Positions 16,958 to 26,189 of a stretch of DNA of 64,000 bases are shown here, piece after piece (the stretch's first letter is position 1; every line of letters starts with the position of its first letter). The stretch is from a virus. The stretch lies in IMG/VR virus record IMGVR_UViG_3300043172_001413; one strand, written 5' to 3'. The translations under genes were made by a program, and so were the position numbers. Below the pieces are notes generated by a model. The model had not been told where the DNA came from and did not search any database. It saw nothing but the letters and a program-made list of their open reading frames with translations.

Positions 16958-17212
16958 TCATAACAATTCCTTCGTTTCTATTTTTTCAAACCAGTCTTTT
17001 CTGGGTTTAAAAAAAGATTTTGAATAAAGTTGCACCCTATGATCCTTGTTTGTCTTTACTCTTCCTGTGGGTGTTAGAAAAAAGACATTCCCATTGAAAT
17101 GCTGGTTTCCTTTTGGTATATAGACAGGACTTCCTTTCCGGTGAATATCTTCTCCCCCATTAAATGTCCTCTTCAACCGGTGTGTTGCTTCAAAATATTC
17201 GTCAGCCATCAT
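16958..17212 (-). CDS. hypothetical protein (84 aa)
   Basis: ORF. Confidence 0.35.
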   Translation of the reverse strand: MMADEYFEATHRLKRTFNGGEDIHRKGSPVYIPKGNQHFNGNVFFLTPTGRVKTNKDHRVQLYSKSFFKPRKDWFEKIETKELL

Positions 17213-17427
17213 TCCTCCCAGGTAGAAATGACTTCACCATTCCGGATCTGTCGGATATTTGGATTGGCTACTCTCATTTGCTGATTACGGGTGTAATAAC
17301 CATAAGCCTTTTTCTTGGCTAACCGCCGTTCCTTGAGTTCTTTTTTCGTGTATTTATTAGTTGCAATTTTGTATCTGCTGCTCATTTTTTGCCTTTCTTT
17401 CTCAGACGACCCTTCCTTGCCAGCCAA
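17209..17427 (-). CDS. hypothetical highly basic protein (72 aa)
   Basis: K/R-rich. Confidence 0.35.
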   Translation of the reverse strand: MAGKEGSSEKERQKMSSRYKIATNKYTKKELKERRLAKKKAYGYYTRNQQMRVANPNIRQIRNGEVISTWEE

Positions 17428-17735
17428 CCGCTTATGGAAATAGGTATACGTCTCTTTATTAAAGGTTTATGTTCAGATGGATTTCGATATCTTGATTTCT
17501 TTCTTGATTCTCTCCTCCACAGCCGCAGTGTCTCGTTATCAAAGGGTTCCCAACGTATATCTCTTCCTGTAGGCTCAGGTAAATATAAAGGTTCATTACA
17601 GGTCCGTAATGATGCTGTCCGGCGACCTTCTACATATATGACACTGATTGTACAGGTCATTGTACAGTCACGGCAATTTTCATTACATGCTGTGCCGGTG
17701 GTGGTCGAGCCGTAGAAATCAACAATTGCTATCAT
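17382..17735 (-). CDS. hypothetical protein (117 aa)
   Basis: ORF with a basic C-terminus. Confidence 0.35.
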   Translation of the reverse strand: MIAIVDFYGSTTTGTACNENCRDCTMTCTISVIYVEGRRTASLRTCNEPLYLPEPTGRDIRWEPFDNETLRLWRRESRKKSRYRNPSEHKPLIKRRIPISISGWLARKGRLRKKGKK

Positions 17736-18022
17736 ACAGGTTGTAAAAATGCCGTTAACATAAGTTCACGATAATGAGCCTCACACGCTTTAACTGCTTC
17801 TTCTCTGGAGTCAAAATAGGTTTCTGTATAACTTTCATGTTTTGATTTGAGTTTATGTTTTTTAGATAATTTGGTACAACAAGTAAGTTCAAATGTAGCT
17901 TCCCATTGATCATTATTGGTATCATTTACACTATAGAGGAGTATCCAATCCTCTCCGCAATGTAAGTATCCCTCTTGGCAAGGACCCCATTGGATAGGTT
18001 TTAATTCAAGATTCACTTCCAT
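17732..18022 (-). CDS. hypothetical protein (96 aa)
   Basis: ORF. Confidence 0.35.
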   Translation of the reverse strand: MEVNLELKPIQWGPCQEGYLHCGEDWILLYSVNDTNNDQWEATFELTCCTKLSKKHKLKSKHESYTETYFDSREEAVKACEAHYRELMLTAFLQPV

Positions 18023-18324
18023 TATTTTTTTCTTTCTGCAACAGGTACATATTTAAACGGTTTTACATGCTTTGAACAGCGACTCTGTGCCCCCGAATTT
18101 TTTTCAAATATAATATCACATCCGGGATGGGTACATTTTCCTGGGCCATATTTCGGTTTTTTCACTTTTTTTTGTGCCGGAAGACCCATATCTTGCCTCG
18201 CTTTTCGATGTTCGCCCTGTGTTCTTTTTTTTGGTATTACGTCATAGAATTCATCAATGTAATTAAGATGTTTTTTTACAATATCATCAATTCTCTGTTG
18301 TTGTTCCTTATGGAGTTCAGACAT
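18022..18324 (-). CDS. hypothetical protein (100 aa)
   Basis: ORF with CTHPGC. Confidence 0.35.
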   Translation of the reverse strand: MSELHKEQQQRIDDIVKKHLNYIDEFYDVIPKKRTQGEHRKARQDMGLPAQKKVKKPKYGPGKCTHPGCDIIFEKNSGAQSRCSKHVKPFKYVPVAERKK

Positions 18325-18685
18325 TATTCCATTCCTGTTTATATTTTTCTACGGCTTCATCAGCTTCCCGTGGGGAAATGAAATCAGGAACAGCGTTAGA
18401 GCAGGCTTTGGCAAACTCAATGGGAGTTCCGTGTTTTTCTTTTAATATCCTTCTTCTTTCAGTGATGATTTTATTCCGACAGGTGTTCCCGAGCGTTGAG
18501 CTACAACCAGTCCCAAAAGCTGGGTTCATTTCAGCATCAGGAAGATCCTTTATTTCATAATATTTTTGACAAAGATTATCCTCCAGGAGAAAAGCGCACT
18601 GTTTTTTCTTAGGGTCCCAGAGCCCGAAACCGCATGTCCCTACTGTACAACAATAACCGCATTGAACACATTTAGCCATTAACAA
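18317..18685 (-). CDS. CxxCxxCC zinc/iron-chelating domain protein (YkgJ/UPF0153-like)
   Basis: N-terminal CVQCGYCCTVGTC matches the CxxCxxCC motif. Confidence 0.45.
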   Translation of the reverse strand: MLMAKCVQCGYCCTVGTCGFGLWDPKKKQCAFLLEDNLCQKYYEIKDLPDAEMNPAFGTGCSSTLGNTCRNKIITERRRILKEKHGTPIEFAKACSNAVPDFISPREADEAVEKYKQEWNNV

Positions 18686-19299
18686 ATACCTACATTTTCA
18701 CTTTTATAAACACAGTATTTTTCTTTATCCCAGTTAGACATGATAATATTAAAAAATTCTATAGCTTTTTCTTTTGTAGCGTGGATTCCCTGGAAACCGC
18801 AAGGAGTAAATTGGCGACTGTACTTTCCTTCCGGATTAAGACGGTACTTGCCCTCTTTTCCCTTATGAATCTCCGAGCCATCACCTATGATGGAGACAAA
18901 TATTTTTCCATTCATAATTATTGGCCCGATAGTCATTAAAATTCTTCCTGCGGTATACATTGAAAGAAGAGCAATATCTTCGTGGGTGAAGCGAAGACAT
19001 GTCCAGATTGATTTATCATTTTTCTTTTTTATATCAGGCCAACAGACTTTATTAAATTCTTCAACTTTAGCCTCAATAGCATGAAGATCCTCGTATGCTT
19101 GTTTCCAGTCAGCAGCATCCTCGGGAGTAGCGCCCATTGCGATAATTCTTTGCACTGCTCTCTCGTCAACAGGAACTGGTTTAAGGAGTTCCTCCATAAA
19201 AACCATTGTAGTATTAAGAGTAACGGATGAAGTTAAATAGCCGTTTTCTTTATAATATCTTAAATTTTCTGTGTATTCTGGAGGTATATTTTTTAACAA
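18679..19299 (-). CDS. hypothetical protein (206 aa)
   Basis: ORF. Confidence 0.4.
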   Translation of the reverse strand: MLKNIPPEYTENLRYYKENGYLTSSVTLNTTMVFMEELLKPVPVDERAVQRIIAMGATPEDAADWKQAYEDLHAIEAKVEEFNKVCWPDIKKKNDKSIWTCLRFTHEDIALLSMYTAGRILMTIGPIIMNGKIFVSIIGDGSEIHKGKEGKYRLNPEGKYSRQFTPCGFQGIHATKEKAIEFFNIIMSNWDKEKYCVYKSENVGIC

Positions 19300-19309
19300 A
19301 TCTCTCTCC

Positions 19310-20356
19310 TTATTTTACAAGATATTTTGAGCTGATTGTTTCTGCGAATTCTGGCCCTTTTTCATAATCATCAATAAAGATTTGCTTATTATGCCTCGTA
19401 CCGTCTTTATCGCTCCCATACCACTGTGTACGCCAGTAACCCGCCACTCTTATTTTATTTTTTAATTTCCATAGACCGACTCCTCCAGCTTTGCGGATTT
19501 GTTCCATGTCATTGTTTTTATCTTGGATACCGTCACCTATAACGATGATTCTATGTGTATTTGCTTTTTTTGCCCGTTTTTCTAATTTCCTTCTCTTTGA
19601 AGATGAGGTAATATTTTTAAGTCTTTCCCTGTAGTTTATAGGTTCATAGTTTGTCAAGTGGGGTCTTTTACTAGTAATATATAACAGGACATTGAAAGCG
19701 TAAGCAGTAAATTCTTCCAGATAATCAATATTATTTGCAGCATCGTAATTTGCCAGTTCTTCTAATTCCGGTTCAATTTTAGTTTTCATATAGTACCGGA
19801 GCTGGCTCTGTAATTTTCCGGGATTGATCTCTACGTGGAAATAGAAACTTGTGTCATTGAACGGTATTGCCGGAGTAGGTTTAAGAAGTGAACAAGCCAT
19901 CACCCTTATTTGTTTATAATCACCGAAATCACGGAGGTATATATAGAACCCCTGCACTGGGACTCTTATACCGCTGATATCATTGATAGAGAACAACCCG
20001 GGATCTATCGCTACGTAGATTTCTCTGAAGGGTGATTTCAGGAAATAAGAATCGATGTTTAATGAAGTCTGAGCCAACCGGGCTGATAATTCAGGTGTGA
20101 CATAATAAATTTTCTCACAGCTCTGTTTCATGTGATAAAGATGAAACAGGATGTTCGTGTAACTTACAATGTTAACATTATCGAGATTAAACGCGGAATC
20201 TATTATCTTGGTAAAGAATTCATCGTAAGTTGGATCAGGGCCAGAGCTGCGTATTTCTGGTGTGAATACACCAGGGCACCTTGCGTCGAGATATCTCCAC
20301 GCACTTTCATAATGGGTTTTATTAAACATCTTTTCTTTTGCCATAATTACTTCCAT
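19310..20356 (-). CDS. hypothetical protein (348 aa)
   Basis: Long ORF with no recognisable domain. An AT-rich divergent promoter region follows at 20357-20540. Confidence 0.5.
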   Translation of the reverse strand: MEVIMAKEKMFNKTHYESAWRYLDARCPGVFTPEIRSSGPDPTYDEFFTKIIDSAFNLDNVNIVSYTNILFHLYHMKQSCEKIYYVTPELSARLAQTSLNIDSYFLKSPFREIYVAIDPGLFSINDISGIRVPVQGFYIYLRDFGDYKQIRVMACSLLKPTPAIPFNDTSFYFHVEINPGKLQSQLRYYMKTKIEPELEELANYDAANNIDYLEEFTAYAFNVLLYITSKRPHLTNYEPINYRERLKNITSSSKRRKLEKRAKKANTHRIIVIGDGIQDKNNDMEQIRKAGGVGLWKLKNKIRVAGYWRTQWYGSDKDGTRHNKQIFIDDYEKGPEFAETISSKYLVK

Positions 20357-20540
20357 ATCTATTATACGAAGTTTTGAGTATGAATTTATAAAAAAAAAAT
20401 AAAAAATGAATTAACCGTTTAACTAATAATCAATCAATATTTCTATTATTAGTATGGCACATGCAAAAAGAGTTATTTCTTACTATTTGATTAAAAATAA
20501 GAGTAATTATTTTAAGATTTAAATAAAATCCAAATAAGAT

Positions 20541-21167
20541 ATGATTGAACCACTGTTTTTCTTCTGTTATTACGCCTATTTATTGGGCGACCTCGAAAAA
20601 GCTCGGATGTATTTTTCTGTGATCCGAGAAGAATACTCTGCTGTCGGAACTCCAAATTCTTTAAAAGAACACCAGTTTCTTGAATTGAAAAAAATCAAAG
20701 AAGCTATCACTACTGGTAATATTTCCCGAAGCAAATGGCTGGATGAAACTGCTCCCGGACCACCCCGGTCATCTGATATAAAGATAAAGCAAGCTGAGCT
20801 GGTCAAGAGAATCCATACAGAGGGCTTAGAGCAGCTTAAGGAGATCCTGCAAGATGATATCTATCTCTACAATATAGAGCATCCTTGTGGCTCCTACGGG
20901 ACTGTAGACATGGTTTATATGGGTAAGAATACTATTTATCCTCTGGAAGTGAAAAGAGGCCGCGGAGAGCATGATTTGATTGGTCAGATCAGCAAGTATG
21001 ACCTGCATCACCGGTTACAGTTGCATTATAAGCACTATGAGTATGTCCGATCCGTAACGATATGCAATTCTTATGACCCGTTCACGATTCAGGAATTGCG
21101 AACCATGGGTGTTCTTCCTTTGAATTACTCCCTGAATAAGGAAGATATCAGGATTGAAGCTTTATGA
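20541..21167 (+). CDS. hypothetical protein, possibly a PD-(D/E)xK-fold nuclease
   Basis: GTVDMVYMGKNTIYPLEVKRGRG contains a D...E.K arrangement. Weak. Confidence 0.35.
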   Translation: MIEPLFFFCYYAYLLGDLEKARMYFSVIREEYSAVGTPNSLKEHQFLELKKIKEAITTGNISRSKWLDETAPGPPRSSDIKIKQAELVKRIHTEGLEQLKEILQDDIYLYNIEHPCGSYGTVDMVYMGKNTIYPLEVKRGRGEHDLIGQISKYDLHHRLQLHYKHYEYVRSVTICNSYDPFTIQELRTMGVLPLNYSLNKEDIRIEAL

Positions 21168-21250
21168 GAAATTATGGCTTTCTCCGAAGTCCCCAATTTT
21201 ATTAAAGTGGTGGATCGGTGAATTTAAAGCTTAAGTAATAAAAATAAAAG

Positions 21251-21279
21251 TTGACTTTTGTAACTTTTGGTGGTATATT
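21251..21279 (+). promoter_or_regulatory. near-consensus sigma70 promoter (TTGACT-17nt-TATATT)
   Basis: ttgact at 21251-21256, a 17-nt spacer, tatatt at 21274-21279. Confidence 0.6.
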
Positions 21280-21285
21280 ATTATT

Positions 21286-21471
21286 ACCTTTCAAATACAA
21301 ATAGATAAAATAGGATATTAAAAATGTTAACAATACTCAGCCTTCGTTCCCCCATTCTTTTTGGGGATAACCCGCAGCCAAGGAACTATAATTCGTTGGG
21401 GGACTGAGTATTGTCCAAAAACTAATCAGAAACCAAAACCCCGGCGAACGAAAGTTTACCGGGGTTTTTTT
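21286..21471 (+). ncRNA. candidate ~185-nt sRNA with its own promoter and terminator
   Basis: Long-range stem caatactcag (21331-21340) pairs with ctgagtattg (21404-21413), enclosing ccccc/ggggg hairpins. Ends at the terminator ccccgg cgaacgaaagttta ccgggg ttttttt (21439-21471). Only a ~27-codon ORF. Confidence 0.45.
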
Positions 21472-21475
21472 ATAC

Positions 21476-21550
21476 TGGGGTGTAGCCCAGCGGTAAGGCG
21501 CTTGATTCTGGTTCAAGAGATCGTAGGTTCGACCCCTACCACCCCAGCCA
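21476..21550 (+). tRNA. tRNA-Gln (CUG)
   Basis: tggggtgtagcccagcggtaaggc g cttga-ttctggt-tcaag agatc gtagg-ttcgacc-cctac cacccca g cca. U1-A72 and G73 as in bacterial tRNA-Gln. Confidence 0.75.
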
Positions 21551-21566
21551 TAAAATTGGAGTAGAT

Positions 21567-21767
21567 ATGGACAAATTTGAAAAAGTAATCGAAGATTTAA
21601 AAGAACAACTCAGTAAAATAACTTACAACGGTGGTGATTTATCAGATGTCGGAAATGAGATCGGTTTAGTTATCGGTAAACATTTAAAAGAGGAGTCAGG
21701 ATACGAGAAAGAAGATTTTATTAGTGGACTTAACCATGGCCTTTCTTTGATTGATGGGACTCATTAA
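21567..21767 (+). CDS. hypothetical protein (66 aa)
   Basis: ORF between two tRNAs, with an upstream ggag. Confidence 0.3.
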   Translation: MDKFEKVIEDLKEQLSKITYNGGDLSDVGNEIGLVIGKHLKEESGYEKEDFISGLNHGLSLIDGTH

Positions 21768-21772
21768 CATAT

Positions 21773-21849
21773 CGGGATGTAGCGCAGTCTGGTAGCGCAC
21801 CTCGTTCGGGGCGAGGGGGTCGCTGGTTCAATTCCAGTCATCCCGACCA
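21773..21849 (+). tRNA. tRNA-Pro (CGG)
   Basis: cgggatgtagcgcagtctggtagcgca cctcg-ttcgggg-cgagg gggtc gctgg-ttcaatt-ccagt catcccg a cca. Confidence 0.8.
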
Positions 21850-21864
21850 TAAAAGGAAATTATT

Positions 21865-22158
21865 ATGTTACGAAGAAATAGATATAGAAAAATACCGCCC
21901 AACCCGAATAAAAGAAAAAGGGAACGGCGATCAGTACCACTGGAAAGATCAGTACATATTGACGGAGAGCGCTGGGGCTGGGAATATGTTGAAGGATTTA
22001 ATCATGAAGACGGTATAGATAGAAGTAAAATAAAAGTACTTTCTCCTGATAATAAATTCTTTGTAAAAGAAATAAAAGATACTCAACTTTATGGAGATGT
22101 AATTATTCCGAGTACGGTGAAACAGTTTATAATCGACAAATTGTTAGTAGGTGCATAA
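21865..22158 (+). CDS. hypothetical protein (97 aa)
   Basis: ORF. Confidence 0.35.
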   Translation: MLRRNRYRKIPPNPNKRKRERRSVPLERSVHIDGERWGWEYVEGFNHEDGIDRSKIKVLSPDNKFFVKEIKDTQLYGDVIIPSTVKQFIIDKLLVGA

Positions 22159-22258
22159 TGAAATTAATAGACATGATAAGGGATAATAAAAAAGCGAGAT
22201 TCTCTTTTTACTAAGAATACATATGGAGATGATAAAAAAGGAGAAAGAAATACATGAA

Positions 22259-22337
22259 CGGGGTGTGGCCTAGTGTGGCTTAAGGCGCTTGGCTGGGGGC
22301 CAAGAGATCGGGGATTCAAATTCCTCCACCCCGACCA
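22259..22337 (+). tRNA. tRNA-Pro (GGG)
   Basis: cggggtg tg gcct-agtgtggctta-aggc g cttgg-ctggggg-ccaag agatc gggga-ttcaaat-tcctc caccccg a cca. Confidence 0.7.
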
Positions 22338-22433
22338 ATTCTTTGAAATACGGTGGAGATGATTTTTCCCACAGTAGTGGGGCTGATCCAGAGCGTCAAG
22401 AAGTGCTATATCTTATTTTCATCTCCACCATAC

Positions 22434-22507
22434 AGATAGGTACGCAAGAGGCACGCGGACGGTCTGTTAAACCGTTGATCTGGGTTCGAGTCCCAGCCTA
22501 TCTGCCA
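22434..22507 (+). tRNA. tRNA-Asn (GUU)
   Basis: agataggtacgcaagaggcacgcg g acggt-ctgttaa-accgt tgat ctggg-ttcgagt-cccag cctatct g cca. Confidence 0.75.
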
Positions 22508-22561
22508 AAAATACTTGCTCTGTCGAACACTATGTGTTAATTTATAACACGGAGGTTCGAT

Positions 22562-23164
22562 ATGAATAGAAAAGAGGAAGCAAGACAATTAAGGAGAGCT
22601 GGAAAATCTCTAAATGATATAGCTCGATCAGTCGGGGCAGCAAAGAGTTCTATTAGCTTGTGGGTAAGAGATATCCCTCAACCTGAAAAGTACACAACAG
22701 AATACCGGCATACACGGAAGTTAAAGAGGTTAAAGAAATTAAAGGAAGAGAGAGAAAAAAATAAAAGAGTACGGAAAGAGAGAATTATTAGCGGTGACGG
22801 AAGATGGATGGTACCCACTCCTCCGGGTTATAAGGGAAAGACTTATATAAAAGGTCTTTATGTTTATGAGCACCGTTTAATAATGGAGAAAAAACTTGGA
22901 AGACTCTTAAAAATAAATGAAATTGTACACCATAAAGATGAAGATAAATTAAACAATGATGATGAAAATCTTGAATTGAAAACTAGAGGAGGCCATACAA
23001 GTCATCATCATAAGTCAAAAGAATTTGTTGAATTAAAATGCTCTTTTTGTAAAAGAACTTTTTTGAAAGAAAAGAGGAATTATAAAGTAAAAGTGAAACA
23101 GGGTCAGAAGAAATTTTATTGTACTAGATCCTGTGTAGCAAAGTCACAAAAAATTGGAGAGTAG
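22562..23164 (+). CDS. free-standing HNH homing endonuclease
   Basis: YVYEHRLIMEKKLGRLLKINEIVHHKDEDKLNNDDENLELKTRGGHTSHHH. N-terminal HTH-like RQLRRAGKSLNDIARSVGAAKSSISLWV. The stop codon TAG overlaps the first nucleotides of the intron-containing tRNA-Asn. Confidence 0.65.
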   Translation: MNRKEEARQLRRAGKSLNDIARSVGAAKSSISLWVRDIPQPEKYTTEYRHTRKLKRLKKLKEEREKNKRVRKERIISGDGRWMVPTPPGYKGKTYIKGLYVYEHRLIMEKKLGRLLKINEIVHHKDEDKLNNDDENLELKTRGGHTSHHHKSKEFVELKCSFCKRTFLKEKRNYKVKVKQGQKKFYCTRSCVAKSQKIGE

Positions 23165-23426
23165 CTCAATGGCAGAGCAGCTGGCTGTCGGGTTGGCAGC
23201 CCTTACAGGAAACTGTAAGGTGAAAACTGGGTGAATTCAGGGGAACCTAAGTCCTTTAAGGATATGGCAATCGTGAGCGAAGCCTTGAAAGAGGAACGTG
23301 CAGAGACTTATAGCGCCCAGCACCTAAAGCGTAAAGCTATGGTGATGAGATAGTCCAGGCCTCCGGGAAATCGGGGGGATAACTGTAACCAGCGGGTTGG
23401 AGGTTCGAGCCCTCTCTCTCCAGCCA
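23155..23426 (+). tRNA. tRNA-Asn (GUU) interrupted by a group I intron
   Basis: 5' exon tggagagtagctcaatggcagagca gctgg ctgt (23155-23188). 3' exon taa ccagc gggtt ggagg-ttcgagc-cctct ctctcca g cca (23386-23426). U1-A72 and G73 as in E. coli tRNA-Asn. Spliced anticodon loop ctgttaa. Confidence 0.75.
23189..23385 (+). mobile_element. group I intron (197 nt, Azoarcus tRNA-Ile-like IC3 type), no ORF
   Basis: A candidate P1 pairs exon ggctgt with the intron guide sequence gcagcc, giving a U-G pair at the 5' splice site. The intron ends in G. The core ggaacctaag...gatatggcaatcgtgagcgaag...gtgcagagacttatagcgcccagcacctaaagcgtaaagctatgg...atagtccagg closely resembles the Azoarcus pre-tRNA-Ile intron core, as recalled from memory. 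Confidence 0.7.
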
Positions 23427-23512
23427 TTTACATCGGGGTGAGTCGGAAACTCAGATATCTCAGAATCGAAATAATTCTGGTGCATGTCTCATTTCTGAGA
23501 GACCCCGACCAT

Positions 23513-23589
23513 CGGGGCGTAGCGCAGTATGGTAGCGCACCTGGCCTGGGACCAGGGGGTCGTCTGTTCAAATCAGACCGTCCCGACCA
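23513..23589 (+). tRNA. tRNA-Pro (UGG), with an unusual C33
   Basis: cggggcgtagcgcagtatggtagcgca cctgg-cctggga-ccagg gggtc gtctg-ttcaaat-cagac cgtcccg a cca. Paralog of the 21773-21849 gene. Confidence 0.65.
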
Positions 23590-23679
23590 TTTACGGGAGA
23601 TAAGCGGGGCGGAGTTCCAGAGTGGTAATTTCCGGATAAATACTACTTTATTCTCTGCAAGCGCACTCCCACCTTTTAC

Positions 23680-23755
23680 GGGCCCGTGGCGAAGTGGTTT
23701 AACGCATGAGGTTTTGGTCCTCACATCCCTGGTTCGATTCCAGGCGGGCTTTCCA
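23680..23755 (+). tRNA. tRNA-Gln (UUG)
   Basis: gggcccgtggcgaagtggtttaacgca tgagg-ttttggt-cctca catc cctgg-ttcgatt-ccagg cgggctt t cca. Two G-U pairs at the acceptor end. Confidence 0.6.
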
Positions 23756-23765
23756 ATAAAACAAG

Positions 23766-23812
23766 AGAAGGGGTTCCGGTTTTTCAAATGTCTCCGGAAC
23801 CCCTTCTTGGCT
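23766..23812 (+). other. strong 14-bp hairpin downstream of the tRNA cluster
   Basis: agaaggggttccgg tttttcaaatgtct ccggaaccccttct. No T-run follows. Possibly a processing site or a weak terminator. Confidence 0.45.
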
Positions 23813-24009
23813 GATGTGTGTCAGTACCGACTCATAATCCCCGCCTCCACCAGCTAAGCACAGAGAATAGACCCGGTGTCTTGAATAAAGCCACTCCGCA
23901 ACATCTATAATATAATAAATTTTTCCTTCCTTTTTTAAAATTTCTCAATAATTGTATTAATTTTCTCGTATAATAAGTATGGAAGTACTTTAAAGGAGAA
24001 TGAATTAGA

Positions 24010-24567
24010 ATGTATAACAAGTATAAGAAGAAACACACATTGAGACAGATTCAGCAAATGCGTGATCTTGTTGAACAAGGATATGCTATACATTATATAG
24101 CTCGTAGATTTGGATGTTATGCAAATGCCGTGTGGTATCATGTCTATGATTTAATCTTTCCTAAAAAAGTTTCTGAAAAGAGACAAAAGATGTATTTAAG
24201 AAATACTAATCTTACTATAATTAAAGTACAAAAGATCCGAAAATTAGGGGTAGAAAAAAGAATCAATGCTGTTGTAATCAGTAAAAAATTCGATATATCA
24301 CCAACGGCTGCTCTTTCTATCATAAAGGGTAGAACTTTTAGATGGGTTCCGGGTATGACTAAAAGCGGTAAAATTGAACCCGTTGAATATGACTTTAAAC
24401 CTAAGACTGATCTGGTTCGAGGACCTAAAATAGGTTCTAAACAAAAAGTAAAAACTGGTGTTCTTATAAAATATGCTAAAATCTATAATATGAAACCGAC
24501 AACAATATGTCGATGGATAAAACAAGGGAAATTAAAATTAAAAAAGAGTGAAAAAGTTTTGTATTAA
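24010..24567 (+). CDS. hypothetical protein with a putative HTH (185 aa)
   Basis: ORF. Basic. Confidence 0.4.
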   Translation: MYNKYKKKHTLRQIQQMRDLVEQGYAIHYIARRFGCYANAVWYHVYDLIFPKKVSEKRQKMYLRNTNLTIIKVQKIRKLGVEKRINAVVISKKFDISPTAALSIIKGRTFRWVPGMTKSGKIEPVEYDFKPKTDLVRGPKIGSKQKVKTGVLIKYAKIYNMKPTTICRWIKQGKLKLKKSEKVLY

Positions 24568-25723
24568 TCAGAAGAAAGATAGAAATAAAATGTTCAGATA
24601 TCTCTTTGTAGGGGGCCATTATGGAAAAGAAGCGAAGCCATCAGGCTATGTGAAGAAATTATATGAAATTATCCATGGTATGAACCCCAACGGTTTATTA
24701 ATAAATGGAGGTAAATTTCAAGAACTGAAAAGATTGATCAATAGTTTGGTCTTTGCTAACTATGATGTGATATTCTGGATGCCTGATATACCTAATAATA
24801 AAGAAAAACTGGTACGAAAAATAAAGCCCCTTTCTCCTCACACCCTTCTGGTCACTTCAAAAAATAATATCGAAGGCAAATATCAATTTATGGAGCTGAT
24901 AGCCAGAGCACTCCAGGTAAAGGCAAATTTATTCGTAGAATTCACCCATAAACTGGAGATTGGGTATGTGGGTAATGTACTGGCAGCGTCAGTTTATGAT
25001 CCGTTGGGGAATCGTTTCTGTGAAGAATTAACTGATATAACTCAGGTAGCAATAACTCTGATGGATCGGATACAGAAACTCCTTAGATACACAAGATTGG
25101 GTAGTGAATGTCTACCGTATTCCTGGCCTGGAAAAAGGATGCCCGACCCGGAAATTCAAAAGGAATTTTATACTCTTATTCGAGACTATGCTGATATCTT
25201 TCATAAATGTATCCATAGTATGAATCAGTCCCGGTTATTGGGAAACGCCTCTTTCCGGTGTGAACGGGGATTCCCTTCGTTCAAAGACGGTAATAATCAG
25301 ATTTATGTTTCACAGAGAAATATTGATAAACGTCATATAAATCCTGATGGTTTTGTACCGGTATATCTGGTATTTAATGACTCTACAAAAGAGGTGACAG
25401 TCGGATATCGGGGGGATCATAACTATGTATGTATTAAGCCATCTGTTGATGCTCCTGTTCATTTAATGCTTTATCATTATTATCATAATATAAAATACAT
25501 GATTCATTCTCATACGTATATCCGGCATGCACCCTTCACAACGGAGAGAATACCGTGTGGAGCAATAGAAGAGTTCTATGAAATTATCAAATTATGTCCA
25601 GAGCGAGAACATAGTTATATGATATTGAATTTGAGGGGTCACGGTTCTCTGGTGATGGCTACGGAAATAAAACGTTTACGTAGCATTGAGTATTATCCGA
25701 GGAGTACACCTGAAAATGCGTGA
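24548..25723 (+). CDS. hypothetical protein with a class II aldolase/adducin-like C-terminal domain
   Basis: C-terminal IHSHTYIRHAPF ... REHSYMILNLRGHGSLVMATEI resembles the HxH...NHG motifs of class II aldolases. Confidence 0.4.
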   Translation: MKKFCINQKKDRNKMFRYLFVGGHYGKEAKPSGYVKKLYEIIHGMNPNGLLINGGKFQELKRLINSLVFANYDVIFWMPDIPNNKEKLVRKIKPLSPHTLLVTSKNNIEGKYQFMELIARALQVKANLFVEFTHKLEIGYVGNVLAASVYDPLGNRFCEELTDITQVAITLMDRIQKLLRYTRLGSECLPYSWPGKRMPDPEIQKEFYTLIRDYADIFHKCIHSMNQSRLLGNASFRCERGFPSFKDGNNQIYVSQRNIDKRHINPDGFVPVYLVFNDSTKEVTVGYRGDHNYVCIKPSVDAPVHLMLYHYYHNIKYMIHSHTYIRHAPFTTERIPCGAIEEFYEIIKLCPEREHSYMILNLRGHGSLVMATEIKRLRSIEYYPRSTPENA

Positions 25724-26189
25724 TGAAACTGAAAAATTAATGAGAGAACGGAATAATATCACAACAATAAGTGGCATGTTAATTTTTATAATGAAATTAT
25801 CATGGAAGATTTTTCTATTGGCTGTGAGATGGGTAATTGATTCTTTTGTTTTATTTGTTGTGAAATCCTATTATCATTGGATAAGAAAGAAGGTATGAGA
25901 AATGGATGATAATGCCCATATATTCTGTAAATGGTGTAAGACAAACAAGTACTCAGAGAAATAAAATTGTTTTTTTGAATTAGTTCGCGAAAGAGTGTTA
26001 TATGGAAAATGTTCTTTTATTACCGGTGGGAATTTATTCCTTGCTATGGTTTACAATCTATGTAATTATGTGTCCGGAGGAATTATTCAACTCATTGGCA
26101 TTTCGCTATTGTGATGCGATTGTTGATTATCTTGCTTCAGTCGTTCTTTGGGTCTTTGTATTCGGGACGACCTTTGCCTTGATTAAGCT

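Noticed and set aside
21361-23857. ORFs 21361-21564, 22289-22540, 22406-22588, 23428-23787 and 23438-23857
   Set aside because: Each spans one or more tRNA genes or the group I intron. They have no ribosome-binding sites, and the region is fully explained by RNA genes.
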